The position numbers and the translations under genes are program-made. Shown piece by piece: positions 12,150 through 25,700 of a DNA stretch of 64,000 nt. Every line of letters starts with the position of its first letter. The stretch's first letter is position 1. Under the pieces are notes generated by a model, which ran no database searches, was not told where the DNA came from, and saw nothing but the letters and a program-made list of their open reading frames with translations. The stretch covers positions 39,122,001 to 39,186,000 of the forward strand of contig OZ024749.1 of NCBI GenBank assembly GCA_964016885.1, given 5' to 3'. The DNA is from Eledone cirrhosa. Its lineage: Eukaryota.

Positions 12150-12773
12150 TAACTGCCATATATACTTGTGTATAAGTCACACACCTCGATTATATATATA
12201 TATTTACTGTATATATTCGTGTATAAGACACATACCTCCATTTAATATACATTTACTGCATATGTTCATGTATAAGCCACACATTTTCCATATATTTACT
12301 GTATGTACTTTTATGTACAATATTTACCATGTAACTTGTGTATAAGTCACACATCTCCATTTTAAAGTCGCATCTTTATTTAATATAAATTTACTGCATA
12401 TATTTTAAAGTCCATTTTAAAGTCGCATCTTTATTTAATATAAATTTACTGCATATATTTTAAAGTCCATTTTAAAGTCGCATCTTTATTTAATATAAAT
12501 TTACTGCATATATTTTAAAGTCCATTTTAAAGTCGCATCTTTATTTAATATAAATTTACTGCATATATTTTGTGTATATTGTTACATCTGTGTTTTATAT
12601 ACATTTACTGTACATACATGTGTATAAGTCACAGATGTTCATTTTCCATACAACATTTACAATGAACCATGTACTTTAAATTGAGGCTTTGCAGGCCCTT
12701 TAGATAAATTTCATGCTAGATCTTCATGCCTTTTCATAGAAAAACGTGCAGCTTAAACACGATTATATACAGT
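12150..12773. mobile_element. Tc1/mariner(pogo)-like MITE with an iterated left end, including a 55-bp tandem array (12356-12570)
   Basis: Repeated TACTGTATATA.TCGTGTATAAG-like motifs and one inverted partner CTTAAACACGATTATATACAGTA ending at 12773. Confidence 0.6.
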
Positions 12774-13180
12774 ATTCTACTTTCCTTTCACCTTTGGTGG
12801 TGGTGCTACCTCAGTAATCAAGAAGAAAGCCAGATTAATATAAAAGACTAACATTCCATTCTAGTTTAGCAAGCAACACCTTACATAAACATTAAAGTTG
12901 ATGATTACCTGTAAAAATGAATTATTCAAAACAAACAAATACGGTTTGTAAATAACTTATATTAATCTGGGTGGGGCGTATCAAAGTGTCGACTGAATTA
13001 AAATTTAGTTTGTGTCTTAACAAAGATACAAAGTCCATTCAAAGGTGAACGCAACAAGTTTGACAAATTTTGACATTGAACACTACACTGTTTGGCCAAG
13101 AGGGTAATTAAAGGTATGTTTTACTATATTAAGATGAATAAAGATAAGTTATATTACTTTATGGTAATTAAAGGTATATT

Positions 13181-13400
13181 ATATGAGGTATATCAGAAAA
13201 GAAACAGGAGTTGCAAAAAATGTTTCAAATCCAAACTACAAAATACAAGTTTTCCCTTTGAAATAATCCCCTTGTGTCTAATGCATTTTCTCACCCATCT
13301 CTGTCACATCTCCATGCACCTCTGGAATGATTCTCCCTGGATGCATTCTCTGCAGCTCCATCATCATAACCCTCATGATCACTTCCTAGCCATTGAATGC
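13181..13400 (-). mobile_element. Mariner 3' fragment
   Basis: Minus strand encodes FQRCMEM*QRWVRKCIRHKGDYFKG (mariner C-terminal RWxKCIxxxGDYF). The end resembles TAYGAGGT. Confidence 0.65.
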
Positions 13401-13927
13401 TAGACTTAATCTATCACCCAGGTTAAAACCACCTCCTGGTCCTTGAGTAGTAGACTTAATATGTCACATAGTTTAACACCACCTCATGGCTCTGGAGTAG
13501 TAGACTTAATATGTCACATAGTTTAACACCACCTCATGGCTCTTGAGTAGTAGACTTAATATGTCACATAGTTTAACACCACCTCATGGCTCTTGAGTAG
13601 TAGACTTAATATGTCACATAGTTTAACACCACCTCATGGCTCTTGAGTAGTAGACTTAATATATCACATAGTTTAACACCACCTCATGGCTCTTGAGTAG
13701 TAGACTTAATATGTCACATAATTTAACACCACCTCATGGCTATTGAGTAGTAGACTTAATATGTCACATAGTTTAACACCACCTCATGGCTATTGAGTAG
13801 TAGACTTAATATGTCACATAGTTTAACACCATCTCCTGGCTCTTGAGTAGTAGACTTAATATGTCACATAGTTTAACACCATCTCCTGGCTCTTGAGTAG
13901 TAGACTTAATATGTCACATAGTTTAAC
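13401..13927. repeat. 50-bp minisatellite, about 10.5 copies
   Basis: Unit TAGACTTAATATGTCACATAGTTTAACACCACCTCATGGCTCTTGAGTAG at 13451, 13501, 13551 and onward. Confidence 0.95.
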
Positions 13928-14988
13928 TCTACCACCTGACCCATGAGTACCTTTAGCAAAGTCCACATTGTTGCAAGTGTTTAAATTAGGTCTCTTGTCT
14001 TACCCTCCTTCTAAATCAGTGTAACAAGGCTGACCCTTTGAAATGCAGGTACAATTCATTTGATTGGCATTTACACAGTTTCTCTTTACCCAATTTCACT
14101 GACAAAGCTCAATGCTATGGTAAAGATACTTGTCGAAGATGCCATGCAGTGTGATCAAACCCAAACATCTAAACCTCTCAGCCATGCCTAACTATGCCCA
14201 CTTGTTTTACATAAAGACCCCTGTCTGAGTAAGGAGTTTTATGAAAGACCAACAGTTGACCATACATGCTAGTCTTCCTTCTCTACACCACCAATTTTGT
14301 CCAAGGGAAAAGCAAAGATCAATACAGCTGGATTATATACCAGGGACATTGCAACACATTCTTTTCAGCCAAATGGATTGGAGCAACATAAAACAAAGTC
14401 TGTTGCTCAAGAAGATAATCCACAGCTCAATTTAGAAATCAAACTCACAATCTTACAATCATGAGCCAACACCTTAACCACCAAGCCTATATATATAGTA
14501 ACAATAACTCTAGAAAATGTGTGAAAACATCCTAAAATAATATATGAAATACTCATTATCAGCCAGTCAATTATTTAGTATGCTCATTTAAATGAGGCAT
14601 AGTAAATAGTTTTGTCCTCAATGGAATGCTTTAAGCAACACACCTGAAAGGAATGTAAAAGCAAACACATTACAAGTAAGAGAGCCACTGTTGTAAATAT
14701 TCAGGTCAAAACTTAAATATTTCTTGTAACTGGCTGTCAATGAATAGAACCTCTTTCACTGAAAAGAACCAAGAACTGAACAACTTTTTTTTATTTTTTA
14801 TTCCTTTGAAGGGAATCTATGAAAAAGGAAAATATAAACATTAACAATTGAAGTTCATATAAACCTTAGAATAGCAACAGAAAAGGAGAAAATAATTATT
14901 TCATGGAAAATACATAGCTGTACATGTCATTAAATATATATATAATATAGCTATTTATATTATTATTATTATTATTATTATTAAATAA

Positions 14989-15180
14989 GGGCGGTGGATT
15001 GGCAGTATCGGTAGAGGGTCGGACGCCATGCTTTCCAGCATAGTTACGTCCATTTACGATCTGAGTTCAAATCCCGCCGAGGTTGACTTTGCCTTTCATC
15101 CTTACGGGGTCGATAAAATAAAGTACCAGTAATGCACTGGGTAATTGCTGGCCTTGTGCCTAAAGTAGAAACAATTATTA
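14989..15180 (+). mobile_element. Full-length tRNA-derived SINE
   Basis: Complete consensus with A/B boxes, lying between (ATT)n tracts. Confidence 0.92.
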
Positions 15181-15345
15181 TTATTATTATTTTATTTGTA
15201 GGGGTTGTTTACTTGGTATTAAGCTAACATCTGGTCATGCATAATAAAAATACACACACACACATGAATATATGCATACACACACACACATAAGAATATA
15301 TACACACACACACACACATATGTGTGTGTGCATATATATATATAT

Positions 15346-15550
15346 ATCATCATCATCATCATCGTTTAACGTCCATCTTCCACGCTAGCATGGGTTAGAT
15401 GGGAGTTGTGCTACTTGAGGCAAGGTTGGTCGGGTGACCGTGTCTCGCTCGTATAAGACTATCTGGCAGGCTTTCTATGGCTGGATGCCCTTCCTAACAC
15501 CAACCACATTTACAGTGTGGAACTGGGAACTTTTTACCGTGTTACCTACA
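15346..15550 (-). mobile_element. RTE 3' UTR-only copy
   Basis: Matches 10847-11050. Confidence 0.85.
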
Positions 15551-15659
15551 TATATATATATTGTTATACTTTGGGAGGGTCATGTTGGCAATAAAATTTC
15601 AAATTCAACAATGAATTATATATATATAAATGTGTGTGTGTGTGTGTGTGTGTGTGTAT

Positions 15660-15790
15660 GAATCAGGATGGATTCAGTTTGAAACTGGTTGGTACATTAC
15701 TCAACAGTACTCAATACTTGGGATAATAGAGTATGGTTATATTATAAAAAGTCGGGACCTGATGGCTGAGCGATTGCCGTTCACAACTGG
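15660..15790 (-). mobile_element. Family A-related terminal fragment
   Basis: The reverse complement resembles 8225-8355, with the ATACTCT...ATTGAGTACT tail. Confidence 0.6.
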
Positions 15791-15882
15791 TTTTAGGGGG
15801 CACATAGGAGAAAGACAATTGAAAAGAACAATCCCATCAACTCAGTCAATCTCTGGAAATCACTACGGCTTCGGTGCATATC

Positions 15883-15976
<94 letters not shown>

Positions 15977-16016
15977 TCCAGTGCAACCACGCAGTATTCC
16001 TCTCCCCTTGTTTTTC

Positions 16017-16074
<58 letters not shown>

Positions 16075-16076
<2 letters not shown>

Positions 16077-17085
16077 TAGCTCATTCCATTGTACAGATGA
16101 TTCTATAGAAATATTGGACACCTTCCGTTACCTGGGTGACAAAATCAGCAGTGGGGGAGGGTGCTCTGAAAGTACAGTAGCTAGAGTCAGAGCGGGATGG
16201 AAAAAGTTCAGAGAGCTTATACCACTATTGGCCGCTAAAGGGTTCTCCCTAAAAATGAAAGGCAGGCTGTATGATGCCTGCATACGAACAGCAATGTTAC
16301 ATGGCAGTGAGACCTGGGCATTGTGTGCAGAGGATATACGCAGACTAGAGAGGAACGAAGCTTGCATGCTCCGCTGGATGTGTAATAGTAATATACGTGA
16401 ACGGCAAAGCATAAACGAACTAAGGGAGAAATTAGGAATAAGAGGGATCAGATGTTGTTTACCCGAGAGAAGACTACGTTGGTACGGTCACGTGATGCGC
16501 ATGAAAGACGACAGCTGTATAAAAAAGTGCAGGGCGATAAAAATAGACGGTAGCCAGGGAGTAGGCAGACCCAGAAAAACCTGGGACGAGCTGATAAATT
16601 CCGACCTCACACACTTACACCTCTCCAAGACAATGTCACTGGACCGAGATCTTTGGCGCTACACAGTTATACAGAAGACCTGCCTTGCCTAAGTTCAAAG
16701 TGAAACCTACAGTCAGTAGGCACCTCTAACAAAATACACCCCGTCCCACTACCCCCACCCCATCCACACCACCCCCTTAAATGTGAAGTTATGTTGGTAC
16801 CACAACATCCAGTCCGAAACAAATGAGGTCGTGTAGGTGTCACGACAAAAAAAAACACACAGTCCACGCTGTAATGTGGTCGTGTAGGTAACACGGTAAA
16901 AACCTCCCAGTCCACACTGTAAACGTGGTTGGTATTAGGAAGGGCATCCAGCCGTAGAAAACCCGCCAGACAGTCCTATACGAGCAGGACAACCGCTCTT
17001 GCCTCAAGTGGGAAAACTCCCGTCCAAACCCATGCAAGCGTGGAAGATGGACGTTAAACGATGATGATGATGAATGATGATGATA
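16075..17085 (+). mobile_element. 5'-truncated RTE LINE (same family as 9208-10811); coding to 16692
   Basis: [14 protein letters not shown]...GRPRKTWDELI is near-identical to the minus-strand copy; (GAT)n tail. Confidence 0.93.
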
Positions 17086-17410
17086 TCATCATCATCATCC
17101 TTATCATCATATTATCATCAGCATTTAACATCCATCTTCCACGCTAGCATGGGCTGGACGGGTTTGTCCCACTTGAGGCAAGATTGTTTGGGTGACCGTG
17201 TTTCGCTCGTATAGATCTGTTTCTGCTAGGTTTTCTACAGCTGGATGCCCTTCCTAATGCCAACCACATTTACAGTGTGGACTGGGAGCCATTTTACCGT
17301 GTTTCCTACACGACCACTGTACAGTGTGGACTGGATGCTTTTTGTCATGTCACCTACACGACCACTTTACGGTGTGGATTGGATGTTCTGTGGTACCAAC
17401 ATAACTTTAC
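17086..17410 (-). mobile_element. RTE 3' UTR copy lying tail-to-tail with the preceding LINE
   Basis: (ATC)n followed by CCATCTTCCACGCTAGCATGGG and the shared UTR. Confidence 0.85.
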
Positions 17411-17423
17411 AGAAAACATTGGT

Positions 17424-17547
17424 GTCCATAAAATATCGTTCCCTGAGGATATACAAAATCTCAAGCAACTTAAACATAAGGGTCAGGTTCCTTATGTTTA
17501 AGTTACATGAGATTTTATATATCCCCAGGGAATGATATTTTATTGAC
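17424..17547. repeat. Inverted repeat with ~57-bp arms
   Basis: GTCCATAAAATATCGTTCCCTG...CTTAAACATAAGG / CCTTATGTTTAAG...CAGGGAATGATATTTTATTGAC. Confidence 0.85.
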
Positions 17548-17734
17548 TTGATATTGATATGTATACGATGTTCTATATATATGTCTTTTCTCTGAATAAG
17601 ATATCTTTTAAGATATCTTATCATTGAGATGTTATGTATATTCATGACAAATTTTAATTGTATATAATTGATATATATATATATAATTGATATATATATA
17701 TGTAACTGATATATATATATATATACACTAGTGT

Positions 17735-18320
17735 GTATGCAGTAATACAGAAAACCCACCTTCCCATGTGCAGGGGTTGAAACATACATCTAGTATACAC
17801 CACTTTCTCCTACCTTCCCCCTTACATACACCTCACACGTCCTAACACCCCACCTCTCACCCACGACCCTACTCCCCACGCCCCACCTGATAAATGCCCT
17901 ACCCTAAATCTACTTCTTCAACCCCCATGCATCTCCCCCACCCCACCGCCCAATCCACATTGTAAAGCAGTCATTTTGGTGCCACGACCAAAAGCACCCA
18001 GCCCACACTATAAAGTGGTCATGATGGTGACAGAACAAAAAGCACCCAGCCCACACTATAAAGTGGTCATGATGGTGACAGAACAAAAAGCACCCAGCCC
18101 ACACTATAAAGTGGTTGTTTTGTTGCCATGATAAAAAGCGCCTAGAACACACCGCAAATGTGGTTGGCATTAGGAAGGGCATCCGGCCATAGAAACCAAG
18201 CTGGAAACAGTTCTGTATAAGCAAGACATGGTTATCTGATCTAGCTTGTTTCACAATGGGACAACTTGTCTTACTCATGCTAGCATGAAAAAATGGATGT
18301 TAGATTGTGGTTGTCGTCTG
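17735..18320 (+). mobile_element. Older RTE 3' end with a short internal tandem (about 47 bp x3)
   Basis: GGTTGGCATTAGGAAGGGCATCC and CATGCTAGCATG motifs; repeated AAAAGCACCCAGCCCACACTATAAAGTGG. Confidence 0.7.
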
Positions 18321-18785
18321 TGTGTTCTTTTCATGATCTTTAGGATTTCCTGACATAGTCTATCAACTCATATGGATCATCCGTTGTCAGTGGTTTGCAG
18401 AATTCCCCTTCATAGAGGTAGAGCTGGAGTTTTTTGTTGTGGTCCTGTTCTGTCTTGTCGCTTCCATTGACAGGTATCAGATTTGCCAAGCCAGGAATAA
18501 TATATAATAATATTGTCTGTTGAAGGATTATAATCTGAAGGTTTTTACTATCTAGTGAAAAATAATAACCCAGCAACAAGGCTTGTAGACTGTAGCCACA
18601 TGACTGTTCACTGTAACTATACTAACACCGACCCTAATCCTATATCTAACTCTAACTCTAACACTAATTTTAATTCTATTTACTCTAACGCACTCATCTT
18701 TCTACATCTCTCCCTTCACATAAACGAACAATAAGACATAAAACGTATACAGTTTTTTAAACAAGTTTTATCTCATTTATTGTAT

Positions 18786-19062
18786 TTGGCAGAATTGGTA
18801 GATGGTCGGACATGCTTTCCATCATAGTGTTACGGCCCTTTACGCTCTGAGTTCAAATCCCGCCGAGGTTAGCTTTGCCTTTCATCCTTACGAGGTCGAT
18901 AAAATAAAGTACCAGTAATGTACTGGGGTAATTGCTGGCCTTGTGCCAAACGTAGAAACAATTATTATGGTAGTATCGGTAGAGGGTAGGACGCCATGTT
19001 TTGCAGCATAGTGTTATGGCCCTTTATGATCCTGCCGAGATAAACTTTGTCTTTCATCCTTA
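18786..19062 (+). mobile_element. SINE plus partial SINE in tandem
   Basis: Matches the SINE consensus. Confidence 0.85.
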
Positions 19063-19211
19063 TATTTTCATCTATCTATTTTGTGACCTCCTCAGTGACT
19101 AATTTGTTATTTCGTGTCCCTCCTTTGTTCTGTCCTACCCTATCTTGTTTTTGTAAGCTGTGTATTGTGTACTTGGGCTGCACGTGCATTATATCCTGAT
19201 GCGTGCATGCA

Positions 19212-19296
<85 letters not shown>

Positions 19297-19922
19297 ATTT
19301 ATTTATTTATATGTGTATTTACTGCCACTTGTTGGTTGCTTGTTCTATCTGTGTGTGTCTGGTTTGTTTTATAAATTTAGTTCTTGTGTGTCTCTGTATG
19401 TCTTTATCTTGTCCTTAGTTACAAGTTGTGATGTTGTTGCTATTCCAAATGTGTGTTGCTATTCCACTGTTTGTTGCTTATTGACCCTAAAAGCACAAAA
19501 GACAAAGTTGACTCCAGCAGGATTTCAACTCAGAGCGCAGAGAAAAAATACCACAAGGCACTTTGCCCTACACTCTAACGACTTTGTCTATTTGCTCCCT
19601 AATTATTCATACTGAAAAATATACTGCTTTTATATTAGCTATGAAAAAAAAACCCCATTAATTTAGCCACGTTGAGCAGTTTGGGAAAGGAGCTATTCAG
19701 CCCATGCTAGCATGAAAGAGTATATGTAAACATGATGGTGATGATGATGATGATGATGTATGTATATATATATATATATATACAATTATATACTTGTGTA
19801 TGATGGTAGCTATGGTGCTTCCATAGGCGGTATGCCAAAATTAGCACTCAATATTCAACAGAGTAGAGTGTGGATAGTATAAAAAAACGAAAAATCAGTG
19901 ATGCATCTGGACTCAATTTATT

Positions 19923-20011
19923 GCGTTACAATTGTTTCGCCGGCAAGTAGCTCGAGATATGGTCCCTGTATGGATCTGGCTGATTCTACGGCTGTAGGTT
20001 CCTTCAGACAC
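19923..20011 (-). ncRNA. Variant or degenerate minimal hammerhead in a PLE-type terminal fragment (about 19800-20030)
   Basis: Minus strand GTGT-CTGAAGG...GAAAC-AATT-GTA-ACGC. The core deviates from CUGANGA. Downstream tail CACTCT...ATTGAGTGC. Confidence 0.45.
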
Positions 20012-20102
20012 GAGTAGTTCGTTCGGAGCAAATTTTATCACTAGGGTGTTATCATTAAAAAAAAACACCTTCAAAAAACCTCTTCCACAATTATATATAT
20101 AT

Positions 20103-20760
20103 ATATATAAGAAAGTAAGTCCATAGAATCCTTTGATAAAATATATACACTATTTCTTCTCCCAAACAGCATAATTAACCACACAAAACATGAATTAAAC
20201 GAGGCTATAAGTTTACAATGTACCTATGAAGAAACAATAGATAAATAAATGATAGCTATTTTATCCTTCGATCAACAGCCACAGAAGATTTACCTAGTAT
20301 TTCTAATAGCCCGTAGAAATTGATTAGACATATAGCCAACCATACACAATTAGGTACAAAATCAAAGTTAGAAGAAAAAATGTACATAAACATACCAAAA
20401 TTTTGGTACATTTTTTCTTCTAACTTTGATTTTGTACCTAATTGTGTATGGTTGGCTATATGTCTAATCAATTTCTACGGGCTATTAGAAATACGAGGTA
20501 AATCTTCTGTGGCTGTTGATCGAAGGATAAAATAGCTATCATATATTTATCTACTGTTTCTTCATAGGTACATTGTAAACTTATAGCCTCGTTTAATTCA
20601 TTTTTTGTGTGGTTAATTATGCTGTTTGGGAGAAGAAATACTGTATATATTTTATCAAAGGATTCTATGAACTTACTTTCTTATATATTGCTCTGATTGT
20701 TGATTATTTAATTAATTAATTCGTCATTGAGCCACACCGTGAATGGTTGCCAAAAACACA
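20103..20760 (+). mobile_element. Longest palindromic insert (~280-bp arms) with tail, in (TA)n
   Basis: Arms 20103-20385/20406-20688, then TTGCTCT...ATTGAGCC tail. Confidence 0.75.
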
Positions 20761-20847
20761 TATATATATCTATGGCTCTGTCTAGTTTATGTATATGTAA
20801 ATCTATATATTTTATATATATATATACAATTATATATATATATATAT

Positions 20848-21098
20848 ACAGGGTGGGGACGATATTTGTTCGCAATTTTCCGTTGTCATTCTTGTCTTCA
20901 TAAAAACAGTGACTATATTTCCATTATTTATTTTCAGAATAATTGATTATGAATAATTTTGAACCACCAAATTTGTGGAAGAGACACGGAGTTCTTCTTG
21001 GAATCCGCGCCGGGAGGACAAATAAGGAAATTTCAGAGATTCTCAGCGTCAGCAGGAGAATGGTGGAAAAGGTCAGAAAGGAATTGAAAGATTCATGA
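20848..21098 (+). mobile_element. Tc1/mariner 5' end with transposase HTH N-terminus
   Basis: TA-CAGGGTG terminus. 20949-21098 encodes [49 protein letters not shown]. Confidence 0.7.
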
Positions 21099-21115
21099 TT
21101 CGAGAGAGAGAGAGA

Positions 21116-21144
<29 letters not shown>

Positions 21145-21146
<2 letters not shown>

Positions 21147-21322
21147 GAACGAGTAGGACCCCAACGGCTGAGCTGAAGCCGTTTCGACGGCTAATTAGCC
21201 GTCGAAACGGGTTGAGCTCAACCGTCGGGGTCCTACTCGTTCCTATTACCCACTCTACTACCCTAAGTATTGAGTACTTTGGTGCGTTATGGTCCATCTG
21301 GTTCCTTACCCCATTTCCTTCG

Positions 21323-21325
<3 letters not shown>
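21145..21325 (+). mobile_element. Family A palindromic insert
   Basis: Palindrome 21145-21244 plus a tail nearly identical to 2064-2142. Confidence 0.8.
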
Positions 21326-21385
<60 letters not shown>

Positions 21386-21477
21386 CAAACATATTTATAT
21401 ATATATATATAATATATATTCTGTTTTCTTCCTCTGGCGATGTTTTTCAATAGTTTTAGGTGTACTGCATCACTGCG

Positions 21478-21581
<104 letters not shown>

Positions 21582-21664
21582 ATATATATATATATATACA
21601 TACATACATACATACATATTTATATATATATATATATATAGAGATTTATATATAGAGAGAGAGA

Positions 21665-21717
21665 GAGATTCCTGATGATTTCTAAAGAATGAAACAGTTC
21701 TAGTCCTGTAGAATCTC
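21665..21717 (+). ncRNA. Type I hammerhead ribozyme at the start of a family C insert (21665-21800)
   Basis: GAGATTC-CTGATGA-TTTCTAAAGAAT-GAAAC-AGTTCTAGTCCT-GTA-GAATCTC: perfect 7-bp stem I, stem III CAG/CTG, GUA triplet. Confidence 0.8.
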
Positions 21718-22027
21718 ATCTATATTAAAACTTTTATACTCTGCAATGTATTGAGTACCTTACTTACTGTGGTTACCTCCGATTCAACCCGGAATAACGT
21801 AATATATATATATATATATATATCTGTGTGTGTGTGTGTGTGTGTAAAACGCAGTGATGCAGTGCACCTAAAACTATTGAATAACATCGCCAGAGGAAGT
21901 AAACAGAATATATGACCAGTCGACCTGAAACACGACTCCTCGTTAAAGCTGAGGAAAAACCAATAAACAAACGATTAGATGTTAATTTTGAGAATGAGAT
22001 AAACATGTTTAAGAAACCAAATATTAA

Positions 22028-22270
22028 CTGTTTCTAATTTAGGCACAAGGCCAGCAATTACTCAGTGCATTACTGGTACTTTATTTTATCGACCCCGTAA
22101 GGATGAAAGGCAAAGTTAACCTCGGCGGGATTTGAACTCAGACCGTAAAGGGCCATAACTCTTAATAATAATTGTTTCTACTTTAGGCACAAGGCCAGCA
22201 ATAACCCAGTGCATTACTGGTACTTTATTTTATCGACCCCGTAAAGATGAAAGGCAAAGTTAACCTCGGC
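22028..22270 (-). mobile_element. Two partial SINEs
   Basis: Reverse complement of the SINE consensus. Confidence 0.85.
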
Positions 22271-22356
22271 ATTAACAACTTTCAATATGAAAGGAATAAA
22301 ATCCCAGTGACTGTGAAGACGGAAGGGGGAGGAAATGTAATTAATATAGAAGGAAA

Positions 22357-22409
<53 letters not shown>

Positions 22410-22416
22410 ACACACA

Positions 22417-22513
<97 letters not shown>

Positions 22514-22750
22514 GAGGTTTGTTTTTGACAGATATGATTCATCCTCCTCCCCCTTAACCTCCTTCTCCTCCTCCTCCTCCTCCTCCTCCTCCTCCTCCTC
22601 CTCCTCCTCCTCAACCTCCTCCTCCTCTTCATCATCATCATCATCCTCATCACAACCACTGCCCACCACCACGGTTACCACCACCACCACCACCACTAAC
22701 ACCAACAACACCACCACCAGCCCCACCAATGCTGCCACCAAAACAGCCAC

Positions 22751-25700
22751 CACTACCATCTACACAGTGACACAACACACTACACAGTGACACTACCATC
22801 TACACAGTGACACTACCATCTACACAGTGACACAACACACTACACAGTGACACAACACACTACACAGTGACACAACACACTACACAGTGACACTACCATC
22901 TACACAATGACACTACCATCTACACAGTGACACAACACACTACACAGTGACACAACACACTACACAATGACACTACCATCTACACAGTGACACAACACAC
23001 TACACAGTGACACTACCATCTACACAGTGACACTACCATCTACACAGTGACACAACACACTACACAGTGACACAACACACTACACAATGACACTACCATC
23101 TACACAGTGACACTACCATCTACACAGTGACACAACACACTACACAGTGACACAACACACTACACAGTGACACTACCATCTACACAGTGACACAACACAC
23201 TACACAGTGACACTACCATCTACACAGTGACACAACACACTACACAGTGACACTACCATCTACACAGTGACACAACACACTACACAGTGACACAACACAC
23301 TACACAGTGACACAACACACTACACAGTGACACTACCATCTACACAGTGACACTACCATCTACACAGTGACACAACACACTACACAGTGACACTACCATC
23401 TACACAGTGACACAACACACTACACAGTGACACAACACACTACACAGTGACACTACCATCTACACAGTGACACTACCATCTACACAGTGACACAACACAC
23501 TACACAGTGACACAACACACTACACAGTGACACTACCATCTACACAGTGACACTACCATCTACACAGTGACACAACACACTACACAGTGACACTACCATC
23601 TACACAGTGACACAACACACTACACAGTGACACTACCATCTACACAGTGACACAACACACTACACAGTGACACTACCATCTACACAGTGACACAACACAC
23701 TACACAGTGACACAACACACTACACAGTGACACTACCATCTACACAGTGACACTACCATCTACACAGTGACACTACCATCTACACAGTGACACTACCATC
23801 TACACAGTGACACAACACACTACACAGTGACACAACACACTACACAGTGACACTACCATCTACACAGTGACACTACCATCTACACAGTGACACAACACAC
23901 TACACAGTGACACAACACACTACACAGTGACACTACCATCTACACAGTGACACTACCATCTACACAGTGACACAACACACTACACAGTGACACTACCATC
24001 TACACAGTGACACAACACACTACACAGTGACACTACCATCTACACAGTGACACAACACACTACACAGTGACACAACACACTACACAGTGACACTACCATC
24101 TACACAGTGACACAACACACTACACAGTGACACTACCATCTACACAGTGACACAACACACTACACAGTGACACTACCATCTACACAGTGACACAACACAC
24201 TACACAGTGACACAACACACTACACAGTGACACTACCATCTACACAGTGACACAACACACTACACAGTGACACAACACACTACACAGTGACACTACCATC
24301 TACACAGTGACACAACACACTACACAGTGACACAACACACTACACAGTGACACTACCATCTACACAGTGACACAACACACTACACAGTGACACTACCATC
24401 TACACAGTGACACTACCATCTACACAGTGACACAACACACTACACAGTGACACTACCATCTACACAGTGACACTACCATCTACACAATGACACAACACAC
24501 TACACAGTGACACTACCATCTACACAGTGACACAACACACTACACAGTGACACTACCATCTACACAGTGACACTACCATCTACACAGTGACACAACACAC
24601 TACACAGTGACACTACCATCTACACAGTGACACAACACACTACACAGTGACACTACCATCTACACAATGACACTACCATCTACACAGTGACACTACCATC
24701 TACACAGTGACACTACCATCTACACAGTGACACAACACACTACACAGTGACACTACCATCTACACAGTGACACTACCATCTACACAGTGACACAACACAC
24801 TACACAGTGACACTACCATCTACACAATGACACTACCATCTACACAGTGACACAACACACTACACAGTGACACTACCATCTACACAATGACACTACCATC
24901 TACACAGTGACACTACCATCTACACAGTGACACTACCATCTACACAGTGACACAACACACTACACAGTGACACTACCATCTACACAGTGACACTACCATC
25001 TACACAGTGACACTACCATCTACACAGTGACACAACACACTACACAGTGACACTACCATCTACACAATGACACAACACACTACACAGTGACACTACCATC
25101 TACACAGTGACACTACCATCTACACAATGACACTACCATCTACACAGTGACACAACACACTACACAGTGACACTACCATCTACACAGTGACACAACACAC
25201 TACACAGTGACACTACCATCTACACAGTGACACAACCATCTACACAGTGACACAACACACTACACAGTGACACTACCATCTACACAGTGACACAACACAC
25301 TACACAGTGACACTACCATCTACACAGTGACACTACCATCTACACAGTGACACAACACACTACACAGTGACACTACCATCTACACAGTGACACAACACAC
25401 TACACAGTGACACAACACACTACACAGTGACACTACCATCTACACAGTGACACTACCATCTACACAGTGTCACAACACACTACACAGTGACACTACCATC
25501 TACACAGTGACACAACACACTACACAGTGACACTACCATCTACACAGTGACACAACACACTACACAGTGACACTACCATCTACACAGTGACACTACCATC
25601 TACACAGTGTCACAACACACTACACAGTGACACAACCATCTACACAGTGACACAACACACTACACAGTGACACTACCATCTACACAGTGACACAACACAC

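Noticed and set aside
14989-15080. tRNA gene
   Set aside because: The A/B boxes belong to the SINE head; there is no cloverleaf and it continues into the SINE core.
18340-18579. 79-aa minus-strand ORF as a possible host exon
   Set aside because: No recognisable domain or clear splice sites; it weakly resembles decayed RTE sequence.
20256-20535. Near-identical ORFs on both strands (also 53552-53940)
   Set aside because: A direct consequence of the DNA palindromes.
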